Part shown: positions 12,158 through 25,000 of the stretch, one piece after another
How positions within the stretch are numbered: the stretch's first letter is position 1
Layout of the letters: each line of letters starts with the position of its first letter
Source of the DNA: Camelus dromedarius
Lineage: Eukaryota
Assembly: GCF_036321535.1 (NCBI RefSeq)
Contig: NC_087437.1
Location: 30,320,001-30,384,000, forward strand
Direction of reading: 5' to 3'
DNA length: 64,000 nucleotides
The notes under the pieces: generated by a model
Told to the model about the DNA's origin: nothing
Databases searched by the model: none
What the model saw: the letters and a program-made list of their open reading frames with translations, nothing else
Position numbers and translations under genes: made by a program

Positions 12158-15100
12158 GCTTCCAGATGGAAGACCAGGGAGCCGTGTTTACCTCTTTCCA
12201 CTAGATTTCATGGCATTACAAAGAAAGTTGTACCATTGACATTGAATCTGTAGCAACACTGAAAATGAGAAGGGGTGAAATTAGTGCACTGATCATTTTG
12301 ACAGAGTTCTAGGGATCACGCAGAAAGGCTGAAGACAGAACTGAGAAGAGAAAGGCCACTCTCAGGGCACTCAGGAATCCTGCAGCTGAGGGGAAAGCTT
12401 GCAGTCTCTAAGTCAGCAGGTTTAGAGGGGAGAATGGGCTGTGTACTGTATATGGAACAGCCAGGCTGGGTGATCCTGCCTCATTTGCATACCTGTACCA
12501 TGACACAGTTTTAATAATATAAACTGTATATTTCAGCATATATTTTGATACAGTCACTAGAATAATAAAAGGAAAAAGGTGAAAATGTGCATCTTTGGGA
12601 AATGGGACTGAAGATGGGGTCTTAACAGGAGACCTTCATTTTTCATTTAACTTCTTTCTGTATTTTTTGTGTTTCTTTAAAAATTTTTGTGTAAATAACA
12701 CAATTTTACTGTAAAAATCAATGTATTGGTTTCTTTGTTATTTTTTGATTTATACAGTCTGGATACTAATCCTTCAATTTTATATGTTAAAAATAATTTT
12801 TTGTTTCGTTTTTGAGACTTTGTTTTCCAATTTACGATGACTTTTCACGTACAGAAATGTTTAATTTTAGTGTAGTCCAGTTTACCGATTATTTTATGGT
12901 CAGTGCTTTTTGAGTCAAGTTAAAATATTAGGCTATGTTGAGATGCAAACAATAGAAAACAACTTAATTTGCCATAAACAAACAAAACATTGTCTCATGT
13001 AATTGCAGTCTTTCAGCAATGATATCTTCAGGTACAACTTGATTCAGGAACAAATAACCATTAGGATTACCCTCTCTGTTCAAGCTAGTGAGGGCTGGCT
13101 CCATTCTTCATTCTCATGCGCCAGATAGCAGGCACTGGCAGCTCGTCTTTATCATTACAAAATAACTCCAGCTCCAGACCGCATACTCTCATACTATCAA
13201 ATCCACAGGAAATAGATAGAGAAAGCATTTCTTTCTCAGAAGCCCAGACACTGGCTCATGTTTTATCAGCTCTCATTTGCATACATGCCCATCTTGAACC
13301 CATTACTATTGCCAAGAAAATGGAGCATGGTGGTTGGTTTGGATCAATCTGAGTGCACTTCTGAATCTGAAAATGGAGTGAAAAGCACTTGGGCTGAGTG
13401 TGGGGAGATGAGAGTAAGGTGAACAAAAAATACTAACCTTTTGGGGCTGGGTGGCCAAAAAAACCAATTAATGTTCAGATGATAATTATTTTTAATTTCA
13501 TAAGTGATGCTGAGAAATGATTACTACTACATTTAAACTTAGAGACAGTATCGAATACTGGCCCTTCCATTTAGTAGATATTTACTTTCTTTAAATTACA
13601 ATTGCTTCATATTTAAAATGGAAGTAATAATGTGTTTAAGGTTACTGTGGCTCAAATAGAAATTATATGTAAAGTGCTTGACAAATACTTGATAAATGTA
13701 GTAACATGATTGCTATTAACATTTGAGCACTAACTGAAAGCTATGTGCTGCATTTTCTAGGGGAATTTGTATGTGAAGCTTCCTCCCTGATTATGGTACT
13801 AAAGATATAATCCTTTGTTAATTAATTAGATGTAAGTTAAGGAAAATGAAGCTGGCATGGGGGGCGTATGCGTGCCCCACTGAAACCCAAGCCAGGTTGG
13901 ACTGCTTTGCTGGCTGATGAAGAGAAGCAGCACACTGCTCATTCTCCACAGAATTACGGTTCTGTTTTAATCTAGTAACTTCAAGTTCTACCTTTTGCTA
14001 AAAAAAGTGAACTCAAGCAATTTAATTAGCCTTTCAGTGATTTTTCTCATCTATAAAATGGGCAATAATATCACCTAACAGAGTAAAAGTTAACGTTACA
14101 CGCACGTTAGCACTTAGCCAAACTAGGGACTCAACAAACACAAATCCTTTCCTGCTCCCTTTCTCTACGCTGACTGCAGGGCCGTTTAGTCTTCCACACT
14201 TCTTTCATCTTCTTCCTGAGTCAGCATCCACCAACAAAAGCACACATCCCTTCAAGGAAACAGCTCTTCTTAGGACTTCTCTAGGAAAATGTATTCCCAA
14301 GATAAGTCATCAGCCAAGGAGTAGTTGAGGGAGGGGCCCAGTACTTCCCGGTTAAGAGCGTTGCAGGATGGCAGGGAGCCACATTTTAAATTTATTCTGC
14401 TTTGGCTTCTTTGTGGCCAGTTTTGAACTCTTGCTTATTTTTAGGGAAGTCCCTCTTACGATTCCTAGACTGAGAGAGATTTTCAGGGAAATTAAGAAAC
14501 AGATATATTTAATATAAGTGTTTGAGGTTTTTAAAATAGGACATTATTTGCTTATGTTTGAGAAAGGACATGACAAAACAAAGTTCTACTATTAGTGTTT
14601 CAGGAGAATATATTATACTATAATTACGAGTATGAGAAATAAGAGAAGTTGGTATTTATTTAATCCACCCGGTAGAATATCATATATTTTAAAATCAATC
14701 TCAAAGTACATTTTTACTGAGTGCTATGGATGTGCTCACCACCTTGCTGAGAGTATAAGAATAACCAAAGAAATGATCATTTTTAAACAAATCATTACAG
14801 GCTTAGAAGAATGTTAGCTTATCATATGCACAAAAAGTGCTAACATAATCTGATGAGGATTGGCTGAACTATTCAAAATCACAAGGAGCCTTTTATTCTT
14901 CTTGTTCGATGTATTCCTGAGAGGGACTTGAAGTTCACTTAATATAGAATTTCAAAATCAAATTATTGTATATTGGACGTGTTATATTTAAAATTTTTGG
15001 CAATTTCTACTCAACCAGAATAACTTGTGCCAATGGTTTGTATAATTAAATTTACCAAAAAAACCAGACATTGATTTTAAAACATTTGGATAAATCAGAT

Positions 15101-15174
15101 GAAAGTATCCACTTTAGTTTACATGATTCCTTGATCTCATTACTTAACTATAAAATTTTGAGATAGTATTTTTC

Positions 15175-15327
15175 TTTTTTTTTTAATATTTACTAAGCAA
15201 CTATTTTATTTTGGGGACAGAGGGAGGTAATTAGGTTTGTTTATTTTTTAATGGAGGTCCTGGGGATTGAATCCAAGACCTCATGCATGCCAAGCACATA
15301 CTCTACCACTGAGCTATACACTCCCTG
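15175..15327 (-). mobile_element. tRNA-derived SINE (camelid Vic-1-like)
   Basis: Reverse complement reads gggagtgtatagctcagtggtagag...ggattcaatccccaggacctcc plus an A-rich tail, with Pol III A and B boxes. Perfect 16-bp TSD tgagatagtatttttc at 15159-15174 and 15328-15343. Confidence 0.93.
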
Positions 15328-15747
15328 TGAGATAGTATTTTTCATATTGCACATGCCATCTTCCTCTTGGAAACCTCAGAGCCGACAAGGCTCTGAAAGC
15401 TGCTCAGCTGGAAAGAAGGAAAGAGACGCCTGCAGGAAGGAGCCCAAGACATCCTAGTTCTGGAAGGAAGGTCAGACCAGAAGAATATCTCAGACAGTTT
15501 GCTAAGCTAGAACCTTGGTCCACTCCAGCAGAGTCCTACACAGCTGTGGAAAGGTTCTACCAGCTTCTCCAGGAAAAAGCACAGATGCTTCTGCTTTGGT
15601 AACATTTGTCTCTGTTAAGGAGACCCAGTGGCTGTTTGATGATGCATAAGTCATTGGTGAACTTAACATAATCTAAAAGGGAGAAATTGGCTTTTCAGTC
15701 AATCAGCAATCAATGAATTAGATGATGATAAGATGGTCCAGTGATTT

Positions 15748-16110
15748 TGTTAGTGGATAGAGGGAGCCCTAATTTAGGAAGCTTGCCAAAGTGTGGGTCC
15801 TTGCTGCCAGCTGTGAAAGAATTTGTGCAGCAGAGGCAGAGGGATGAAGTGAACAGCCGCTTTATTACTCAGAAGGGGAAATGGAAAGTGCTGAAGCAGA
15901 GAGAAGGAAAGAAAGGCATTTGAGCCAGGAAAGGAAGTGCTCAAGTGAGTGGGGAGCTGTCAACCAAGATGGCCAGTAGAGACAGCTCTGGCTCAGGACG
16001 GGCGGAGGGGTCTTTTGTTAGAAGGCAATGCCATCTTTATCATCATTCTGGTGGTGGTGGTAATTATTTTCTGCTACAGGCTCCTTCTTCCCTCAGAGCT
16101 CAGCCCTGAA
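15748..16110 (-). mobile_element. Probable ERV LTR fragment
   Basis: 'tgttagtggatagggagccc...gggtccttgctgccagctgtgaaagaatt...tttatt' resembles an LTR U5/R end in reverse orientation. Family not assigned. Confidence 0.5.
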
Positions 16111-16829
16111 ACAGAAAGCAACTAGCAGCAACTCCAGAGAGAACAAAGGAAGAGATATTGAGATATGTCCTTGGATTTTCAGGAGCCAGCTGTGGGATGA
16201 GAGAAACGTCCTGCCTTTTCATCAGCTGGGTACTTCCTTTCCCTTGTTGTTAGTCAGCCAGGGTCAGTAAGCCTGCCTAACGACCTCTCTCAACTTAGTC
16301 ACTGCTGGGTTCAACCTGGTTCCTCCGGGTGGAAATCTAGGCAATGAGGAAACAGGAGAAAATGCAAGATGAGAAAGAAGTAACTATATGGGAACAAGGC
16401 AGGAAAAGGAATGACTACCCTAACATCTTTTTTTCCTTGATTAGCTACTATTTAAATTCATAATTTTATCCCCAATAGAAAATCCTTGTGCACTGAAACA
16501 GGGGCCTTTCTAAGCAATGAAAGGAGGGTCTACCAATAGAAATAGGATGGTATATTTTGGAGATGATGAAAGGAGATAGACTGCACTATGAAAATAATAA
16601 ATGCCAATATTTTTTACCACCCATTTCCTCATAGTTTATGAGTCAATGTGCAGTCTTCTGAGTTCAAAGGGTGGAAGTAATAGAAATAATTACCATTAAA
16701 TACCAAGCTTTGCAGTCCTCACCCTAAAGGCTGTATTTACAAGAGCAGCCTTAAGCATCTCTCTGAAGAGCCATTAGCCCAACTGACCAAAGAAGGGGAT
16801 TTTATCCTAGAGCACTGTAATTCAGCAAT

Positions 16830-17075
16830 CAGAGCATCATTGTGGTGTTGAAAAGAACACGGAGTAGCACTGGAAGAAGACATCCTGAACTACAGTTAGC
16901 AGTCTCTTCTTTCTCACCAAAAATGTGAGGAATTTTTTTTAAGCCATAGTTTCTGTATTGATAAAATGGAGATAATAATAGCATTCTTTCATTGCTATGA
17001 GAATTAAGAATAGCATATGTAAAATTCATATCAAAGTACTAGCACATATGAGAGTTACAATAAATTGTAGCTATT
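16830..17075. mobile_element. MIR SINE
   Basis: MIR core-like 'gtttctgtattgataaaatggagataataatagc...tgagaattaa...tgtaaa...tagcaca...aataaattgtagctatta'. Confidence 0.75.
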
Positions 17076-17849
17076 ACAGTGGTGGTCCCAGGTGTTCCAT
17101 AATAAGTCCCTGCATTCCGGCCACTCTGTGTTCTTTCTTTTACCTCTTCATCTAAATCCATTAGCTCTGTGCTAATGCTTCAGTGTACCTTTTGGCCTAT
17201 ACTTAAGTTTTAGTTCTCTGATGATCTGAAGAATAATTGGGGTCCACTATCTGCTTGATTTTTTCATTCCAGCTTCACTTTTCAATGCTATATACTGTAC
17301 CTCCCCTTGAATAGATGATCTGCAGTTAGTGGGCAAGTCTCACCAAACCCCTACCTCTAGTTTAGAAGTGGGCAGTCAGGGGATATCAGTGAAAACTTTA
17401 TGCATAAACTAGGGTATGAGCTACAACTTGAAGGATGGGCACAGTTGAAATTAAAGAGGACTGTACATCAGCTTTTCAATATTCCACATGGACCACAAAG
17501 TTCTCTTTTGTGTTTGTGACTTGTGAAGCCCTGGAATTATCCCAGGATATCTCAGGAGGTACTCCAGGGCACTTCCCTGGGAGTTTCAAAGGGGAGGCCA
17601 ATTTGGGATGCAGGCTTCTCGCCTCCAACCTGAACATTCCACCTCTACGCTTCATGCTGGGTTCTAGATAACATTTTATTTAGAAAATAAAAAAGAATTT
17701 CACAGCTTCAAAAAAACAAATTTTAGAGACTCTCTATTTCATATATGAGGTACCACAATCTAGTCTATTAGCATGCCCAATGTTACACTGTTTATCTTTA
17801 AGCTATTAATATATTTAGCTCAGCAAATACTTACTTGAATATCCTTTCA

Positions 17850-17884
17850 GTGTGTGGTGTGGTGTGATTTGGTGTGGTGTGGTG
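17850..17884. repeat. (GTGTG)n simple repeat
   Basis: gtgtggtgtggtgtgatttggtgtggtgtggtg. Confidence 0.8.
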
Positions 17885-17944
17885 CTCAGGTGTGAAGATG
17901 GTATGAGGAGATAGCCTCTGCCCTTAAAGAGTAGATAACCCAGC

Positions 17945-18440
17945 ATAGCAGTGATTGCTGGCTGCCTACTCAGTATCTCTCCTTCTTCTTCCTTTCTAGC
18001 AGAATCACAATGTAAAGGCAAGCATCAGTGTGCCTGCTTAAAAGATAACATTTCCCAGCCACCCCTGTAGCAAGGGGTAGCCAATAAAAAGTGATCTAGG
18101 GTGTTGGGTGAAACTTCCAGGAAAGCACCTTAGAAGGAAATGAAACAGCTTAGATGTACTTTTTGTCTGTTGCTTTCCTGCTGTCTGTAATACAGAAGTG
18201 ATTGCCATAGTTCTCCTGGTTGTGTGGCAACCTTAGGGATGGAAACTATGTGCTAAGTGTGTCACTTCAGAAAAATGGAAGGGTCCTAGAAACTTGATGA
18301 CCTTGAAGTTGGCGCACAAGCTCAGGACTGCTCACGTCTGGATTTCCTTTATGTAAAATAAAAATAAGCCACCAACTTGTTTAAGTTGCTGTTATTATTA
18401 TTTTTTAATATTAGGTAAAACTTAATCTTAATGGATACAA
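17945..18440. mobile_element. Old ERVL LTR (LTR16-like)
   Basis: 'acatttcccagccacccctgtagcaaggggtagcca...aaaataagccaccaacttgtttaag'. Confidence 0.55.
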
Positions 18441-18444
18441 ACAA

Positions 18445-19090
18445 GTATGTAAAGAGGCCAATTCAGAAGGATGATAACTTAGGGTGGGGATAGAATTTTT
18501 AGGGAACTATGAAACTCAAATGTAGTCCAGGCACTAGAGTTTGGGAAGGGATTCCTTAGAAGAAATGGTGTCTAAACTGAACTCTGTAAAATGAGTCAGA
18601 GTTAGCTAAGTAAAGAGTGTGGGAAGAGGGTATCAGGGATGTAGAGCAGTGTGTGCAGGAACCTGGGGGATGCGGAATAGGGAGATGACCTAGTGCATTC
18701 TGGGAATTTAAAGTATTCCAATGAAGACAGTGCAAAGAGTGCATGGTTGGGGGAGTGGTAAGGCCTGGGAAGGATCACAAAGTATCTGGGCTGATTAAAA
18801 AGGGAGGCCACTAAAGGATTTTAAGCAAGGGAGTAACATGATAATATTTGGATTTTAGACATATTCTAAATTGAAGTGATGGGATGCCAATTAGGAGGCT
18901 GTTTTAATAATACTGACAAAAGAGGAAAAAAAGATTAAGAAAAGAGAAATTTTAAGAATTGTGGTTATTGACAAATTGGATGGAGAAGATGAATCCATGA
19001 GGAAAAGGGAAGAATCCAGGTTGATATCTGGGTTTCTGGGTGGATAATTTCATTCACTGATATAAGGAATCCAGGAAAAACAGGCTTGCT
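18445..19090. mobile_element. LINE-2 fragment
   Basis: Purine-rich L2-like 'ggaggccactaaaggattttaagcaagggagtaacatgat...ttaggaggctgtt...aagaatccaggttgatatctgggtttctgg'. Confidence 0.65.
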
Positions 19091-20439
19091 GTCTTCAAAG
19101 GTCACCAAAAGATGAGTTAGATCTGCATATGAAAACACTTGTAAATGCCAATCATAAAAGGTAAGGCTTCTGAGCCTGCTAGCTCATTCTTCCCATGATA
19201 TAGCTGCCTTGTTTCCTCTCGTTTCATCTACTATGCAGCATCCATCCCCTGATCTTCTTCCTAGGGGATGGAACACAATGGATGATTTTCTAAATCTAAA
19301 TATGTTTCATCCTTTAATATCAAACATTGTCCAAATTTGTCCAATTTGAAAGGAATATGATACAATTGAGGAAAATACACCTGTCAGTGATAATTCTGCT
19401 TTTTTGTGACAGTAGCCTTTTCCTTCTTCACGTTGGGTATCAGAAAACCCAGAGAAGGCTTCGTATAGCAGGGACACATTAGTCACGTTGTCCTAAAATC
19501 TCATACTAGATTTCTTGTGCTCAGCTATTTATACGCTTTCTCTGCAACATGCATTCTTTTATCTTCAAGAGTGACTGTTAGGGAAATTGAGTTTAACCCT
19601 AGTCCTTGTAATGAGATCAGATTCAAGAAGGAACTTCTAGTGGAGTCTGTATTGCTAAGGTGAAACAGCGTAAGATTACTTTGGATGGATGCAGTATGAA
19701 TAAGGATGGTCGCAAATAGTAGTTACATTCAAACAACGAATGTATCTACAGTTCTGGATTCCAAGGAAAGCCAGTAGTCAGGCATTGAATAAAGAAGAAT
19801 CAATATATTTTGCTTTTTTATTAATTTCTTCCATCATTATGTGTTAGATATACCTACTATACTCTCATAAAGCTGAGAATCTAGCACTGGAGACAGAAAA
19901 ACAGAGAAGTAAATATGCAGTTACAAGCTAGAACAAGTACTCTGAAAGAGATGTCAAGTGCAATAAAAGACTGCAACAGAGGGGCCTGATTTCCATTGAA
20001 GAGAGGCCAGGTACCAGTCAAGGTTCAGCTGCAGATAGCAGAATCTACGTTAGGCAGCGTAAGAAGGAAGATTCTTTTGCAGAGTATTAGGTGGCTTTCA
20101 GAATGAGTGCTAAACTACAGACCCTAGAATGCACTGCCATGAATGGTGTCCACAGCCATACCGCAGAACTGAGCCATGAAAGAAGGTACGACTGCTGCCA
20201 GAATCGCAGGGCTATATGCTTGCTGCTGACCCCAGAACCATATCCGCTGTGCCAAGATCTGCGCCATAAAAATGGGTGTCTTGCACCCTGCTTTTCTCTC
20301 CAGCTAACTCAGCTCTGAATTCAAGCCTTCCATGAAGGCTTCTGTTTGGTGAATATAAATCATATTCAGTTCAGACCTCAGGCAGCAAGGAAGTCTGAAT
20401 AGTGCAATTCTGAGCTTTTCAATTTCTCAGTTCAAGAGG

Positions 20440-21040
20440 CCATACCAAAGGAGGTTGGGAGAGGTAGTGAGCAAGAGAACCGCAGCATGTGTCACAGGTG
20501 TAAGGGCAGGTCTTCCCGAGGGACCAAGTGAGACTTGAGGGGACCGTGCTGGCCAGGTGAAGAACGGGAAGAAGCGAATCCCAGGTAGAGAGATCAGCAT
20601 ACAGGTAGGCCCTGAGGTAGGAAGCACTTGACCCATCTAGACCTAAAAAGAAGGCCAAGGAGTCTGGAGGTCAGTGAGTGAAGAATGCCATATTGTGAGG
20701 AAGACATGGAAACTGACTCAGGCCAGGGGATGCAGAACCTCTCACAGGCCATGTTAACAATTGTAAAAATTTAGATTTTCTGCTAAATAACATTGGAAGA
20801 TATTTAAAGGCTTTAAACTGAGGATTATTATGCTTATATTAATATTTTTGAAAATATCTCTGGCTGCTGTGTGCAGAATTGACTTGAGAGGGGCTCCCGA
20901 TTAAAGATGAGGAGCACTTGTTGGCAGGCTTCTGTTGTAGACTCAGTGAGCGGAGATGGTAGAGATGGAACAGAGTGAAATGATTCAAAGCATCACCTGG
21001 AGGGAGAGAATCAATACGACTTGAAGGAAATAAGGGAGGA
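20440..21040. mobile_element. LINE-2 fragment
   Basis: 'aagaaggccaaggagtctggag...ggccatgttaa...tctctggctgctgtgtgcagaatt' L2-like. Confidence 0.6.
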
Positions 21041-22029
21041 AGCAGACAATGTACTAGAATATACAATAAATAAGAACATATTACCACTATGTAATACAGA
21101 CATTCCCCTCTCCCCACAAAATGGTAATTCATACATCAGTATTGTTTAAAAAGGATAAATGTATGCGCAAAGTTCATTCATTACGTGGCTAGATTCTCAG
21201 CCAATGTCGTTTGTTTATCAGGTGGTATTGACTCTTTGTGGTCTTATTTCTTTAGTTTATCCTTTTTTGTTCTTTTTTTTAATGTGCTGTATTTCCTACA
21301 AGTAAAAATTAATTACTATATTTTACTTAATATCATTTGCACTCAGAAAAACAACTCTAGGCCTCCAGTTTTATTACGTATGTAGGCACAAAAAAAGAAG
21401 GAAATGTGGTAGAAAGAATGCGAACAGCTGGGGTAGGTGTGAAAGGTGGATGAAAGGTCATAGAGAAAACAGCCGATGACTGGGATTTGGCAGAATACAA
21501 ATAAGGAGACATAAAGGGTTTTTTTGAAAGTCAGTTTTGAAAAGGGCCAGCAAAGTAGCATTTAAATGAATATATTTCTTGCTCCAGTGCATGGTATTTT
21601 TCTGCAAGACTGTAAATTTTTAATCCACATGAAAAACACTTCCTATGCCTGTACTCCTCTTCATGAGGGATTGGTATAGATCACTTAGTGTGATGTGAGC
21701 AAGGAAATGGGAAGCTAGACATCACACCACAAAGTACCATCTCTTAGGTGAGGAGGAAGAGGAGGCTAATATTGAGATGCAGACAATGCAGAAAAGACGT
21801 GAGGAAACTGGAGCAATACAAAGGAGGTAATGAACTAGGAGGGAAGTAACAATAGTCCAACAATTTCCAAACTGATCTCTTCTACCTCCTCTAGTACTTA
21901 CTTTTTTCTTAAAAATCCTACAATTTGGCTTCTGTCCATTCTCTTGAAAATATTCTAGTCTCAGTGACCTAATTCTTCGATATAAATCCCTTTTCCATAA
22001 TTTCTGTCTTTTCCACTTAAAAATGAAGT

Positions 22030-25000
22030 TACATAGATACACATCTTTCTCCCTAAACGTAAATACTTCACTATTTTACTAATCATAAAAGTAATACAGA
22101 GGATTTGTAAAAATAGATAAATAAATGAAATCACTCCAAATCCCACAGTTCAGGGCCAAAAGCTGCAAACTATTAGATGAATATGTTTCCTGACTTTTTT
22201 TTTCATCAATATAGACACACTTATACATAAATAAGTATATGTGTCATTTTATGTAAATGCACTGTACATGCTGTTTTTCTAACCTGCAGTTATTCTCATT
22301 CAACAATGTCAATAAAGATTTACATCATCAATTGTAATGATAGTGTGGCTTTCAGTTGCATCTCTTGATAAACATTTGTGTTGTTTCTACTTTTTACTAA
22401 AATGTTTCAGAATATAAAGAAGGAAATCTGGGTTCACTGATTGAAAATATCAAAACACTAAATGTCAAAACCAGCAGAGCACATCAAGTAAAAATCACAC
22501 ACTCTCCTCTTTTGAGTGTTGAGGTACTTGCAGGATTATTTTCTTGGTTTTATCTATAGTAATTGGATTGCTAGACTAAAAAAGATGTGTTTTACTTTTT
22601 TCATAAGTATTTTAAATGCTGTTGGAAAAGCTGCTCACATTTCAACTAAGAGTGTACCTAGTGTACCAAAACCTTAATAAAGACTGAGTTTTGTCATGTT
22701 TCACTCTTCAAAATACTTGTTGCTAGTTTTATTCTTTGAAGTGGAATATCTTTCAAATGTTCACTGTCATTTATACTTGTCCTTTCTGAAATGCCTTTCA
22801 ACTCTTTCCCCCTTCTTCCCATCATGGCATGTATATTTTTAAATTTATTTTTACTCTATTTATAAAAATTAGAGAAATCAACTCTTCATCTGTCATTATT
22901 TTATGGCAAATATTTTTCCTAGTTCCTGGGATTATCTTCAAACCCATGTGTTTCTGCAAGTCAAATGTTCTTCATTCTTATTTGGTCAAGATCCATTCAT
23001 CTTTTCCTTTTTCTTCTTTCTCTCTTTTTTCTTTCTTTTTATTCTTCTGGATACAATATGCTTGGAAGCTTAGAAAGAACTTCCTCAACAAGCTGTTATA
23101 CAATTTTGACATACACATTATTCTAATAAATTTAGGATTTAGGATTTTCTTCAAATATTTGGTGAACCTAAAATTTGTTTTGGATTTTTTTTCTAAATGG
23201 CTACTCAGTTATCGTATCACCATCTTTTTTTGCATAATGAATCTTCTTCCTTCCATATCACTTTACATGTCTAATTTATCACATTAAATTCTCATACATA
23301 TGGGTTTATTTCATGGTTTCTTTGGTCATTTCTATTAATGCCAGTCTATTTCTACACCACGCAGTTATTTTTATAACTGCTGGTTTATAATACATTTTAC
23401 TATATGAAAGCATATTTCTCTTCTTTTTTTCTTCAGAATTCTTTGGATATTTTCCCACATTTATATGTGCAGTTAAAACTTAGAATCATTTTTATCAAAT
23501 TAAGAAAAAATCCAAATTAATTGGGATTTAATACATTTATAAATTCTTTTAGGAAGAATTGACATTTAAAAAATATTTAGCATTGACTGTAAAACTAAGA
23601 ATTGTCTTTTTATTTATTTAAGTCTTTTATGGTCCTTGGTAGTTTTCATCATACTAGCTCGACATATTTCTTTTTATTATTACTTAGATAATTTAATATT
23701 TTGGTTCTTAATATTATAAATTTTATCCTTGTATTATATTTTCTAATTAATTATTGTTTATTTAGAAACTGTATTTCTATATGTTAACTTTGTTATTGGC
23801 CATCTTTATAAACTCTTAATTACTTTATATCTTTTCAATGTTTTCTTGAAAATTGCATCCAGATGATATTATGTATAAAAATATTAATTTTACCTTTTTA
23901 ATAGCAAGATATTATATTTTATTCTATTATCTAATTGCAATGGCTAGCACGACAATCATGTTCTTGATTTGTATGGAACTTTTTAAGTACAGAAATTCAA
24001 AACTGATTATGAGGGAAGAAAGTCTTCCAGGCCATATTAATAGATGTGCTGGGAAAAAAGGTCTCAGATTTGTTAGTTTATCTATTAAATAAATTTAAAC
24101 AAGTTTCTTTTATACAGTGTCTCAGCTTTTATGATGTCTTTTACTTTCATGAATTTTTAAGAAGGATGTTTTTAATGAAGAAATTCCTAAGGTTATTTGA
24201 TCATGTTTTTCATAATTAGCCTTCTTAGATAAACAGTTAAGCCCAACACAGACTTTCAGTTTCATGTATAGAATATACATCATGAAGGGGTGTGTGTGTG
24301 TGTGTGTGTGTGTCAGGTACAACCCATCTAATCCTTTTATTTAAAAAGTCAGAAATGAATAGTGAGTTTTACCAACTGCTTCTTGGAAAATCTATGGGAA
24401 CAATAATATTTCCTCCTTTGCTCATTATAACAATGGTCATTTATAGCAATAGATTTTCTAATAATGAATCACCTAGCATTCTTGGAATGAGTCTGTGTTG
24501 ATCATGGATTTAGAAGACTTTCTATGTTTTCCTGGATTCTAAATTGCTGACATTTTATTTGGGATACACACATGAATATTTATAAGTAGGGCTGGATTGA
24601 AATTTTACTCTTTTTTGATTTTATTGATAAATACTGTTTTTGAGTTTTGCTGACTTCATCTCAAAGGTAGAGATTGCTGTCTTTATGCTCTGAAACAGTT
24701 TAAATCACTTAGAAGTTATTTGTGGCTTGATGTTTTGAAAGAAATTAAAAGACAGAAGTTAGAGGATTATTATTTTATAAGTCTCTCCTTTCCTTCCTTT
24801 TTCTTGACAAGTTTCATAATTTATATTTTCCTCAAAATCTGTATGTTTAGATCAGCTTTTCTCACTTATTATAATGTTGTGTAAAATGTATTGTTTTCAT
24901 TTTTTATGTCTTTTGTAATGTGCTGTAACTTTGTTTTCTTATTTTTGCTTTAGTTCATGATTTATGTATTTCTTGGCATTTCCAGTAAACTACTCTTGGA

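Noticed and set aside
15250..15327. tRNA-like sequence (also 41051-41125 and 54830-54897)
   Set aside because: These are SINE heads with A-rich tails and TSDs, without a complete cloverleaf, so not tRNA genes.
22829..23287. 152-aa hydrophobic ORF resembling a membrane protein
   Set aside because: F/L/I richness reflects T-rich antisense L1M decay. No splice structure or family motif.
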